Below, piece after piece: positions 40,345 to 51,900 of a stretch of DNA of 64,000 bases (position 1 is its first letter; each line of letters begins with the position of its first letter). Made by a program: the position numbers and the translations under genes. Location of the stretch: the NCBI GenBank assembly GCA_040954595.2, contig CM082582.2, forward strand, positions 7,256,063-7,320,062. Reading direction: 5' to 3'. The notes under the pieces were generated by a model, which saw nothing but the letters and a program-made list of their open reading frames with translations, was not told the origin of the DNA and did no database searches. Source of the DNA: Balanoglossus misakiensis. Lineage: Eukaryota; Animalia; Hemichordata.

Positions 40345-40897
40345 GCATGATATGTCAACAAGCAAGCAGGCAAGGATTGGTCATTTGTGTTCATTGATTT
40401 CTTAAGGAAAATTCGCCTGTTCATGCACTTAGTTAGTGATAGAATTGATATGTCCAACTTATGCATGATGCTCGTTAGTGCTAATTTGTGCGTACATCCA
40501 CATTTTCTTAGCTAGCCTATCACGCTTTGATATGACAAAAAGTAAGTCCAGCGACATGACCTGAATGTAAATCTTGCAATACTGTATTATAAACATAACA
40601 TTGATAACAAAATATGTTTTATTGCAAATTACGTTATGACCTGGGAAACGCACAAATTAGAAAGTTTGTGTGTCTCTTAGTACAATCCCGTCTTTATAAA
40701 ATCGTATGTTTTAATAGCAAGTTTCCAGACAGATCATGTGTACGACCTACATGTAAGCTCAGGTGATTTATGAGTGACGTGAGCAAACCACCCCAATTGA
40801 CCCCGGCCCTGCCCGACATTATACTAGTAGTACAGAGACTCAGACAGACTGCCTGCATAACTGTGCTTGTACGGTTTCCACCTCGTTTATTGATAAA

Positions 40898-41999
40898 ATG
40901 AAAGTGCTGTCCTGCCTTCCTCGTGGTGAAAACTGCGCCTTGTTAATCAACAACGTTCCTCGTAAATACTTCGATCACTCAGGTGGGTAAACTATTGCTT
41001 CTAAGTTCTAGCATACTGAGACCCTTTCTACAGGGTCTAAGCCTATGCTTCTTATGACTGACGTGACAGACCAACCTTAGCCATAGCTGCAGTTCAGTAG
41101 CTCGAGGTTTTGCCTTGATGCATCAAACATGTTCTTTTTTCTTCTTTTTTGGGGTGGGGGGGGGGTATCCTGTTATATGTAATCAATCGTTTTGAGCCTG
41201 TCTATCACGTACTAATGCATGATGTGTTCGTGTTTTCAATTTAGGTCGACCCATCGCTTGGAATTTGTTTTCAATCATAGGACAATACTGGAAATTTGTT
41301 GTGACACCACGGTACGATTATCTGAGTTTACGAGCACTCCAACGTGATGGCATCCTGTTTTTTCAACGCTCAGTGTTCTACAATTTTCTCCCGGAATTCC
41401 ACAGTCACATCAAGCTGTCAACTGCCATGGAAAACCACCGTAACCTTATTCAACTTGGTAAAACGTCCCTACTGTCATGCAGTGAGGTACGCGCTCATGT
41501 CGACGGTGTACTTTTATCGACTGGCTACGAGCAGCATGTATGTGTAGACATGCGCAAAAGGCAGCCCACAAAGCTTCCCGATTGGTTCAGAAAACTTTAT
41601 GGTCCAAAGGTAACTGGTCAACCAGCACAAGCGCAGTACATGAACAGGTTGACAGATGTTCCAACAACAACATTCCAACACAACATTCGAGTACCTTTCA
41701 GTGACACCGATGAATACAAGCACGTCTCCCATACGGCATACCCCAAATATGCTGGAGAAAGTTCTCTCGTAGCCGCTGAGAATCGCGCCTACCCTTCATT
41801 CAACCGAGACATGGCAAACCACAAAATCAAGTCCATAGGTTTACTCTACATGAGAGAAGCTCTCCTGGATGACGTCTTAACAGTTGAAACGTGGGAAGAT
41901 GCGAATGACCGATGCAAGTTGAATTTCCTGATAAAGAAGGAAAATGAAGAAATCTGTCACTGTAGTATGGAATATTATAACACCACGTCAAAGTTGTAG
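40898..41999 (+). CDS. Tandem paralogue 4 (most divergent N-terminus): double-hotdog thioesterase-like protein with PTS1 SKL, 279 aa
   Basis: Exon 1 40898-40982 (MKVLSCLPRGENCALLINNVPRKYFDHS, again 85 nt, phase 1) and exon 2 41245-41999 in frame; motifs DTDEYKHVSHTAYPKY and YMREALLDD; ends SKL*. Confidence 0.85.
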
Positions 42000-42707
42000 A
42001 ATTGATATGCCCAAAATTCATGAAGACCGTTAGTGCATTTGTCTCGTGTGTTTTTTTATTTTAAAAACGCTAAATTTGTGTATACACACATGCAAATTTT
42101 CTTAGCTTAACTAGGCCTACCACGCTTTGATATCATACAGTGAGAAAAAGGTTGTGTCCCCCCTTCCAATTTTTCTTTACAATGTCACAAGACAAAACTT
42201 GCAGTGATATGACAGTTTCATCACCTGGTCATCGTTTGGTGCCGAATAAGGTCCTTTTCAAGACCGACTGCATTTGCATGTTTTTATTACAAAATACATG
42301 TATGTTCTGTCTCTATAGTACTCACCTGTCTATTATAAAGAACTATATGTTTAGCAAATTTCATAAAATTAGGTCCCCGTGATTTAGTTTTCTTGCATAA
42401 CTGAAATATTACGATGTGAATTTCAATAATGCGCATTGGCTGTGTATAATTAAACATTGTCTAGCTTTAGGAATACTACAATAAACTGGTTTAAATATCA
42501 CATAGAACAATGTACAGTACAGCTGTAGTCTCGTTCAAACTTCTAAAGATAGATAATATAAAATGACTGACACATACGAACAGTTTTTGTTACCAAGTAA
42601 CCAGATTGTCATGATTTTCGGTGAACATTACTTGGGCATTCTATTCGTATTTGTCATGCAGCGTTCGAATGTTAATTGAGTAAATTGCAGGTGTTCTCTC
42701 ATCAGCC

Positions 42708-42790
42708 AGTGCGGTGGCCGAGCGGTTAAGGCGTTGGACTTAAGTTCCAATGGACACTAGTCCTCGTGGGTTCGAATCCCACCCGCACTA
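42708..42790 (+). tRNA. tRNA-Leu (anticodon TAA), 83 nt, long variable arm
   Basis: Acceptor stem AGTGCGG/CCGCACT plus discriminator A; A-box TGGCCGAGCGG; anticodon arm TTGGA-CTTAAGT-TCCAA; variable arm GGAC-ACTA-GTCC; T arm GTGGG-TTCGAAT-CCCAC; T-run terminator a few bases downstream. Confidence 0.95.
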
Positions 42791-42994
42791 ATAATTTTTA
42801 TTTTGGGAACGCGAATTACTGAAATACAAAATATAAACCGCACTCATGTCATTTAATTTATGAATAGAAATTTAGGCGGCGATGATGTTCAGTTGATTAT
42901 CCCCTACTCTTTTGGATGTAGAATCGTTTGATGTTCACAATGTCTGGCAAACTACGACAAAAAAGTAATCCGAAAGTTCAACAGTTTTGTATTA

Positions 42995-43150
42995 TGTAAC
43001 TGTGTGATCATCGCTTTTGACGCCGGTCACGTGTAACTGTGTCATCGCTTTTGACGCGGGTCACGTGGCCTGACTTGAGACGTGTCAAAGCAAAATTTAC
43101 GCTGTTGATTGGTTGGAGACACCTGGACCATCTCCACTTGGAAATTTCCG
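42995..43150 (+). promoter_or_regulatory. Promoter-like segment: duplicated ~35-bp unit with GGTCACGTG E-boxes, inverted CCAAT, GGAAATTTCC palindrome
   Basis: TCATCGCTTTTGACGCSGGTCACGTG occurs twice (43008-43033, 43042-43067); ATTGG at 43108; GGAAATTTCC at 43140-43149; CpG-rich relative to its flanks. Confidence 0.4.
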
Positions 43151-44519
43151 TCTAGCCTTCCGTGCATTTTCATAAGAGAGTCAGACGGCCACGTTGCTGC
43201 ACGGACCACGAGAAGATGCGGAGAACTCTGCCCCCCAAACAGAGTTTCTCCGCTGGATAGTTTTCATGACGACAGCGGTAAGTAAAGTAACAGAAGTAGA
43301 GACATTTACTCAAATTTTGAACAGAAACATGGGTTATTCTTTGGCGAGTTACGGACAACTAAAAAGCCAGACGTTTACACCACAGAATTGAAAAAGTTGA
43401 CGCGTCACCGTCAGACAGCTCGAGTCAGCGCTTCCCTGCGTTTTCATTCACAAATTCTACCCTTTCGGGTTACTCAACTTGAAATGTACGGTTAATCAAA
43501 TTAAGACAAGTCGGTGTTATAACTCTACTGGTGGGCGGCAGTTTTTTTACATAAAAAAAACAGGTAGTTTGTTGGGAAAGGGGAAGGGGGGCTACCATGA
43601 ATTGGTAGCGGGTTCGATGAACTGACAGCGGATTCACGTGTAGTCAGCGTGTTTTCGAGTGTGAGCGTATGCAATTTTGTATTATACTATACCAGACAAT
43701 TGCAAACATTTCCTTTGAAACGCTTCATTGGGAAGTTATTTTATGTGTCCGTGCAGACTTTGCCAAAAGAATTTTTTTCTGAGTGTAAAATGTTCCGCTT
43801 GGCTGTAGGCCTAAACTTGAAAATATGTAAATGTACATAGTGCCATGCTGGCGTTTTAGGCTCCTTGTCTGTCAGCGAAGCCCTAAAACAAATTATCGTC
43901 GTGTGTGATGTACAATATGCGAATGAACAACGGTATTTGGTTTTGTGTTCATGGATAGGCATTCAATTAGTTTCTTCCTGATTTTGCAGATCGACGGCCC
44001 TGATGAACTGATGGTGTACATTCGGCGTGGATGCTATGATGTTGTACAAGCATGATGTCAAAGTAAGCGGTATCAGCCAAGTTTGTTTGGCAATTTTTTA
44101 AGAACTTTTAACGATTCTGACTGGTGCCGGTAGCCAGTTCAGCAAACCGATTTTGCACAAATCTGAAGAATGCAACAATGCGGATGCTATATGTGGATGT
44201 CATTTCAACGTTCTAAAACCAACATGACTACATGCTCGGTGCATGGGTCATTTTTGTTACGGCACCAACAAATTCATCGACTTTGAATGCTTCGAAAGGT
44301 GCTCGTTGTTGTGAATGTGTGTGTGCATGAGTGTACGGTAAGTTGTACGGTATAATTCCGGCCATGCAGCTAGACTACAATGAGGTGAGCGTTTGTATGA
44401 TCCATGGCTGAATGAAGACCAGTGGATTATCTGAGGCTTAAAACAAGTAAGTTATATAGACATAAATAAAATCCCCGGTGCGGGTGGGTCCCATCCCTTA
44501 GACTGTTGGTTTAATATAA

Positions 44520-45680
44520 TTAATACGCGTTTTTTTTCAGACATGTTATCTTTCATCATTATTCAATAAAAAAAATCTTAAAAACATGCACGAACTCACA
44601 AAACTGGGAGTGGTTTATTTCCGTACCGATCATCTTTCCGCGTGCGTACATAGTTAATACGTGTTTTTTCAAATATGTTATCTTTCATCATTATTCAATA
44701 AAAAAAATCTTAAAAACATGCACGAACTCACAAAACTGCGAGTGGTTTATTTCCGTACCGATCATCTTTCCGCGTGCGTACATAGTTAATACAGGTTTTT
44801 TAGATATGTTATCTTTCGTCATTATTCAATAAAAATAAAATAAAAACCTACACGCACTCATAATACTTGGAGTGGTTTATTTCCGTACCGATCATCTTTC
44901 CGCGTGCGTACATAGTTAATACGTGTTTTTTCAAATATGTTATCTTTCATCATTATTCAATAAAAAAAATCTTAAAAACATGCACGAACTCACAAAACTG
45001 CGAGTGGTTTATTTCCGTACCGATCATCTTTCCGCGTGCGTACATAGTTAATACAGGTTTTTTAGATATGTTATCTTTCGTCATTATTCAATAAAAATAA
45101 AATAAAAACCTACACGCACTCATAATACTTGGAGTGGTTTATTTCCGTACCGATCATCTTCCCCTAGCGTATATAGTTAATACAGGTTTTTTAGATATGT
45201 TATCTTTCGTCATTATTCAATAAAAAAATATTAAAAACATACGTGTATTGATAAAACTGAGAGTGGTTTATTTCCGTACCGATCATCTTCCCCCTCACGT
45301 ACATAGTTAATACAGGTTTTTTAGATATGTTATCTTTCGTCATTATTCAATAAAAATAAAATAAAAACATACACGCACTCATAATACTTGGAGTGGTTTA
45401 TTTCCGTACCGATCATCTTCTCCCGTGCGTATATCAGTAGTTAATATAGGTTTTTGGAGATTTGTTATCTTTCGTCATTTTCAATAAAAAAAAAATTATT
45501 AAAAACAAACACCTACTTATAAAACTGAGAGTGGTTTATTTCCGTACCGATCATCTCTCCGAGTGCGTACATAGTTAATATAAGTGTTTTTTTTTCAGAT
45601 TTGTCATCTTTTGTCATTTTTCAATAAAAAAATATTAAAAACATGCACGTACTGATAAAACTGGAAGTGGTTTATTTTGT
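44520..45680. repeat. ~130-bp minisatellite, about 9 copies
   Basis: Anchor GAGTGGTTTATTTCCGTACCGATCATCT at 44608, 44740, 44870, 45002, 45132, 45261, 45391 and 45529, with a degenerate copy at ~45665. Confidence 0.93.
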
Positions 45681-47011
45681 ACACATCAGATGTTTTCTTT
45701 CTTTTTCCTGAATATTAGACACTCACTTCATTTGCTTGTTTTGCAGATGCAGAGACCAGAGTATTTTCGCCATGCAGCGGTATAGCTGGGTGAGGTAAAG
45801 GCAGGTATGTTCCATGGCTGAACGATCATGAATATTAGACATTCACTTTATCATTTCCTTGTTTTGCAGATCCAGAGACGAGATCAACTCATAATGGTAT
45901 TCATCAACCAAGCTGGGGTCCAAGTGACTAGTTATTCTCGCCATGCAACAGTATAGCTGGGTAAGGGCAGTATGTTCAATGGCTGAACGAAGACCAGAGG
46001 GGGTGTCAAGCAAGGTTTGATAAGCGATATAGACAACAAAGCCCCTCTTTTCATGGTGGCCATTTTGAATATTATTTTTTCGATTCAGACTGGTGCCGTT
46101 TCCCAGTAACGCGAAATGATTTTGCAAAAAACCTGCATGCAACCCGGTACTATGTGTGGATGCCAATTCAATGTTTCGAAACCGACCTGACTTCTGGATG
46201 CAAGGGGTGGCCATTTTGTTATGGCACACACTCGCATGTTCGCCATCTTTGTAGGAGACATTCCATTTACATACTTTTCATTTATTCCAGAGATCCCACA
46301 GAGGATGCTAAGATGATTGCCAGCCTGTGTGATTGATGTCCAGAGATTACTGCATGGTCGTGGGGAAGGTAAGAATGGCACAGTGGGATAGAAAATTGAA
46401 GCAATGCCAGAGACAATACATGGTAGGGGTGTGAGTGGGGTGTTCACAATGTCCAGGAGTTGTCGGTTTAACAAATACAATTATGCATGTAGGCTTATAT
46501 GGGCAGATCTCTATCGTTACTGCAGTTAAATTTAATCACGTTGCCAAATAGAGTGAAGTTCCAGGCAGCCATACAGGTTTGCATGATTCTGCGAATGAAC
46601 AACAATTGGCGTAAAGGGGTGATCATGCTTTGTTTCATGCTCATGAATTTTAAAGACATTCATTAATTTTCTACATTGCTTGTTTTGCAGATGCACAGAC
46701 CAGATGGGTATCCAGCAACCGATGTACTTAGAAATTTTACCTGAATAAAAATTGTATTTCAAAGAATTTTTATCAAGCTGGAGATGGTGATTTTTGTATT
46801 TATAGACATGTCAATATCCGATGCTTTCACAAGTTGTGTTCCAGTATTTATGAATCTTGGCATGGATTTCCTTTCATATTGTATTTTTTTTTTTGCTTTC
46901 AATACTTTGAAATTAAAATTTTCAATGAGCTAGATTAAAATGAAATACTTGTGTGTGTGTATCATTTTATTACCCCAACACTGCCTTGATGTTGAGATAA
47001 TTGAAACAAGG

Positions 47012-48968
47012 TCATCAAAAAATGACAATTTTTCGACTTTGCGAATTATCAAAATTTCTTCTTTTTTTCATATAAACCATGGGTTATAGCCCATGAAAAT
47101 CATCAAAAAATGACAATTTTTCGACTTTGCGAATTATTAAAATTTCTTCATTTTTTCATAAAAATCATGGGTTATAGCCCATGAAAATCACCAAAAAATG
47201 ACAATTTTTCGACTTTGCGAATGATCAAAATATCTTCATTTTTTCATAAAAATCATGGGTTATAGCCCATGAAAATCATCAAAAAATGAAAATTTTTCGA
47301 CTTTGCGAATTATCAAAATTTCTTCATTTTTTCATAAAAATCATGGGTTATAGCCCATGAAAATCACCAAAAAATGACAATTTTTCGACTTTGCGAATGA
47401 TCAAAATTTCTTCATTTTTTCATAAAAATCATGGGTTATAGCCCATGAAAATCATCAAAAAATGAAAATTTTTCGACTTTGCGAATTATCAAAATTTCTT
47501 CTTTTTTTCATATAAACCATGGGTTATAGCCCATGGAAATCATCAAAAAATGACAATTTTTCGACTTTGCGAATTATTAAAATTTCTTCATTTTTTCATA
47601 AAAATCATGGGTTATAGCCCATGAAAATCACCAAAAAATGACAATTTTTCGACTTTGCGAATGATCAAAATTTCTTCATTTTTTCATAAAAATCATGGGT
47701 TATAGCCCATGAAAATCATCAAAAAATGAAAATTTTTCGACTTTGCGAATTATCAAAATTTCTTCATTTTTTCATAAAAATCATGGGTTATAGCCCATGA
47801 AAATCACCAAAAAATGACAATTTTTCGACTTTGCGAATGATCAAAATTTCTTCATTTTTTCATAAAAATCATGGGTTATAGCCCATGAAAATCATCAAAA
47901 AATGAAAATTTTTCGACTTTGCGAATTATCAAAATTTCTTCATTTTTTCATAAAAATCATGGGTTATAGCCAATGAAAATCATCAAAAAATGACAATTTT
48001 TCGACTTTGCGAATGATCAAAATTTCTTCATTTTTTCACAAAAACCATGGGTTATAGCCCATGAAAATCATCAAAAAATGACAATTTTTCGACTTTGCGA
48101 ATTATCAAAATTTCTTCATTTTTTCATAAAAACCATGGGTTATAGCCCATGAAAATCATCAAAAAATGACAATTTTTCGACTTTGCCAATTATCAAAATT
48201 TCTTCATTTTTTCACAAAAATCATGGGTTATAGCCCATGAAAATCATCAAAAAATGACAATTTTTCGACTTTGCGAATTATCAAAAATTCTTCATTTTTT
48301 CAAAAAAACCATGGGTTATACCCCATGAAAATCATCAAAAAATGACCATTTTTCGACTTTGCGAATTATCAAAATTTCTTCATCTTTTCACAAAAACCAT
48401 GGGTTATAGCCCATGAAAATCATCAAAAAATGACGATTCTTCGACTTTGCGAATGATCAAAATTTCTTCATTTTTTCACAAAAACCATGGGTTATAGCCC
48501 ATGAAAATCACCAAAAAATGACAATTTTTCGACTTTGCGAATGATCAAAATTTCTTCATTTTTTCATAAAAATCATGGGTTATAACCCATGAAAATCATC
48601 AAAAAATGAAAATTTTTCGACTTTGCGAATTATCAAAATTTCTTCATTTTTTCATAAAAATCATGGGTTATAGCCCATGAAAATCATCAAAAAATGACAA
48701 TTTCTCATCTTTGCGAATGATCAAAATTTCTTCATTTTTTCATAAAAATCATGGGTTATAGCCCATGAAAATCATCAAAAAATGAAAAATTTTCGACTTT
48801 GCGAATTATCAAAATTTCTTCATTTTTTCATAAAAATCATGGGTTATAGCCCATGAAAATCATCAAAAAATGACAATTTTTCGACTTTGCGAATGATCAA
48901 AATTTCTTCATTTTTTCATAAAAACCATGGGTTATAGCCCATGAAAATCATCAAAAAATGAAAATTTT
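47012..48968 (+). repeat. 88-bp AT-rich satellite, forward-oriented block (~22 monomers)
   Basis: Monomer TCATCAAAAAATGACAATTTTTCGACTTTGCGAATTATCAAAATTTCTTCATTTTTTCATAAAAATCATGGGTTATAGCCCATGAAAA; period measured from GCGAATT at 47041 to 47129 = 88 bp; abrupt start at 47012. Confidence 0.97.
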
Positions 48969-51900
48969 CATGATAACCCATGGTTTTTATGGAAAAATGA
49001 AGAAATTTTGATAATTCGCAAAGTCGAAAAATTGTCATTTTTTGATGATTTTCATGGGCTATAACCCATGGTTTTTGTGAAAAAATGAAGAAATTTTGAT
49101 CATTCGCAAAGTCGAAAAATTGTCATTTTTTGATGATTTTCATGGGCTATAACCCATGGTTTTTGTGAAAAAATGAAGAAATTTTAATAATTCGCGTAGT
49201 CGAAAAATTGTCATTTTTTGATGATTTTCATGGGCTATAACCCATGGTTTTTGTGAAAAAATGAAGAAATTTTGATAATTCGCAAAGTCGAAAAATTGTC
49301 ATTTTTTGATGATTTTCATGGGCTATAACCCATGGTTTTTGTGAAAAAATGAAGAAATTTTGATAATACGCGAAATCGAAAAATTGTCATTTTTTGATGA
49401 TTTTCATGGGCTATAACCCATGGTTTTTGTGAAAAAATGAAGAAATTTTGATAATTCGCGAAGTCGAAAAATTGTCATTTTTTGATGATTTTCATGGGCT
49501 ATAACCCATGGTTTTTGTGAAAAAATGAAGAAATTTTGATAATTCGCAAAGTCGAAAAATTGTCATTTTTTGATGATTTTCATGGGCTATAACCCATGGT
49601 TTTTGTGAAAAAATGAAGAAATTTTGATAATTCGCAAAGTCGAAAAATTGTCATTTTTTGATGATTTTCATGGGCTATAACCCATGGTTTTTGTGAAAAA
49701 ATGAAGAAATTTTGATAATTCGCAAAGTCGAAAAATTGTCATTTTTTGATGATTTTCATGGGCTATAACCCATGGTTTTTGTGAAAAAATGAAGAAATTT
49801 TGATCATTCGCAAAGTCGAAAAATTGTCATTTTTTGATGATTTTCATGGGCTATAACCCATGGTTTTTGTGAAAAAATGAAGAAATTTTGATAATTCGCA
49901 AAGTCGAAAAATTGTCATTTTTTGATGATTTTCATGGGCTATAACCCATGGTTTTTGTGAAAAAATGAAGAAATTTTGATAATTCGCAAAGTCGAAAAAT
50001 TGTCATTTTTTGATGATTTTCATGGGCTATAACCCATGGTTTTTGTGAAAAAATGAAGAAATTTTGATAATTCGCAAAGTCGAAAAATTGTCATTTTTTG
50101 ATGATTTTCATGGGCTATAACCCATGGTTTTTGTGAAAAAATGAAGAAATTTTGATAATTCGCAAAGTCGAAAAATTGTCATTTTTTGATGATTTTCATG
50201 GGCTATAACCCATGGTTTTTGTGAAAAAATGAAGAAATTTTGATCATTCGCAAAGTCGAAAAATTGTCATTTTTTGATGATTTTCATGGGCTATAACCCA
50301 TGGTTTTTGTGAAAAAATGAAGAAATTTTGATAATTCGCAAAGTCGAAAAATTGTCATATTTTGATGATTTTCATGGGCTATAACCCATGGTTTTTGTGA
50401 AAAAATGAAGAAATTTTGATAATTCGCAAAGTCGAAAAATTGTCATTTTTTGATGATTTTCATGGGCTATAACCCATGGTTTTTGTGAAAAAATGAAGAA
50501 ATTTTAATAATTCGCGTAGTCGAAAAATTGTCATTTTTTGATGATTTTCATGGGCTATAACCCATGGTTTTTGTGAAAAAATGAAGAAATTTTGATAATT
50601 CGCAAAGTCGAAAAATTGTCATTTTTTGATGATTTTCATGGGCTATAACCCATGGTTTTTGTGAAAAAATGAAGAAATTTTGATCATTCGCAAAGTCGAA
50701 GAATTGTCATTTTTTGATGATTTTCATGGGCTATAACCCATGGTTTTTGTGAAAAAATGAAGAAATTTTGATCATTCGCAAAGTCGAAAAATTGTCATTT
50801 TTTGATGATTTTCATGGGCTATAACCCATGGTTTTTATGAAAAAATGAAGAAATTTTGATCATTCGCAAAGTCGAAAAATTGTCATTTTTTGATGATTTT
50901 CATGGGCTATAACCCATGGTTTTTATGAAAAAATGAAGAAATTTTGATCATTCGCAAAGTCGAAAAATTGTCATTTTTTGATGATTTTCATGGGCTATAA
51001 CCCATGGTTTTTGTGAAAAAATGAAGAAAATTTGATAATTCGCAAAGTCGAAAAATTGTCATTTTTTGATGATTTTTATGGGCTATAACCCATGGTTTTT
51101 GTGAAAAAATGAAGAAAATTTGATAATTCGCAAAGTCGAAAAATTTTTATTTTTTGATGATTTTCATGGGCTATAACCCATGGTTTTTGTGTAAAAATGA
51201 AGAAATTTTGATAATACGCGAAATCGAAAAATTGTCATTTTTTGATGATTTTCATGGGCTATAACCCATGGTTTTTGTGAAAAAATGAAGAAATTTTGAT
51301 AATTCGCGAAGTCTAAAAATTGTCATTTTTTGATGATTTTCATGGGCTATAACCCATGGTTTTTGTGAAAAAATGAAGAAATTTTGATAATTCGCAAAGT
51401 CGAAAAATTGTCATTTTTTGATGATTTTCATGGGCTATAACCCATGGTTTTTGTGAAAAAATGAAGAAATTTTGATAATTCGCAAAGTCGAAAAATTGTC
51501 ATTTTTTGATGATTTTCATGGGCTATAACCCATGGTTTTTGTGAAAAAATGAAGAAATTTTGATAATTCGCAAAGTCGAAAAATTGTCATTTTTTGATGA
51601 TTTTCATGGGCTATAACCCATGGTTTTTGTGAAAAAATGAAGAAATTTTGATAATTCGCAATGTCGAAAAATTGTCATTTTTTGATGATTTTCATGGGCT
51701 ATAACCCATGGTTTTTGTGAAAAAATGAAGAAATTTTGATAATTCGCAAAGTCGAAAAATTGTCATTTTTTGATGATTTTCATGGGCTATAACCCATGGT
51801 TTTTGTGAAAAAATGAAGAAATTTTGATCATTCGCAAAGTCGAAAAATTGTCATTTTTTGATGATTTTCATGGGCTATAACCCATGGTTTTTGTGAAAAA

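Noticed and set aside
44520-45680. CRISPR-like array (28-bp invariant core with longer intervening sequence)
   Set aside because: The intervening sequences are homologous to one another, so this is a tandem minisatellite rather than repeat-spacer.
49014-49030. CENP-B box in the satellite monomer (TTCG...CG)
   Set aside because: Spacing is 6 nt rather than 7 and the CGGG end is absent (TTCGCAAAGTCGAA).
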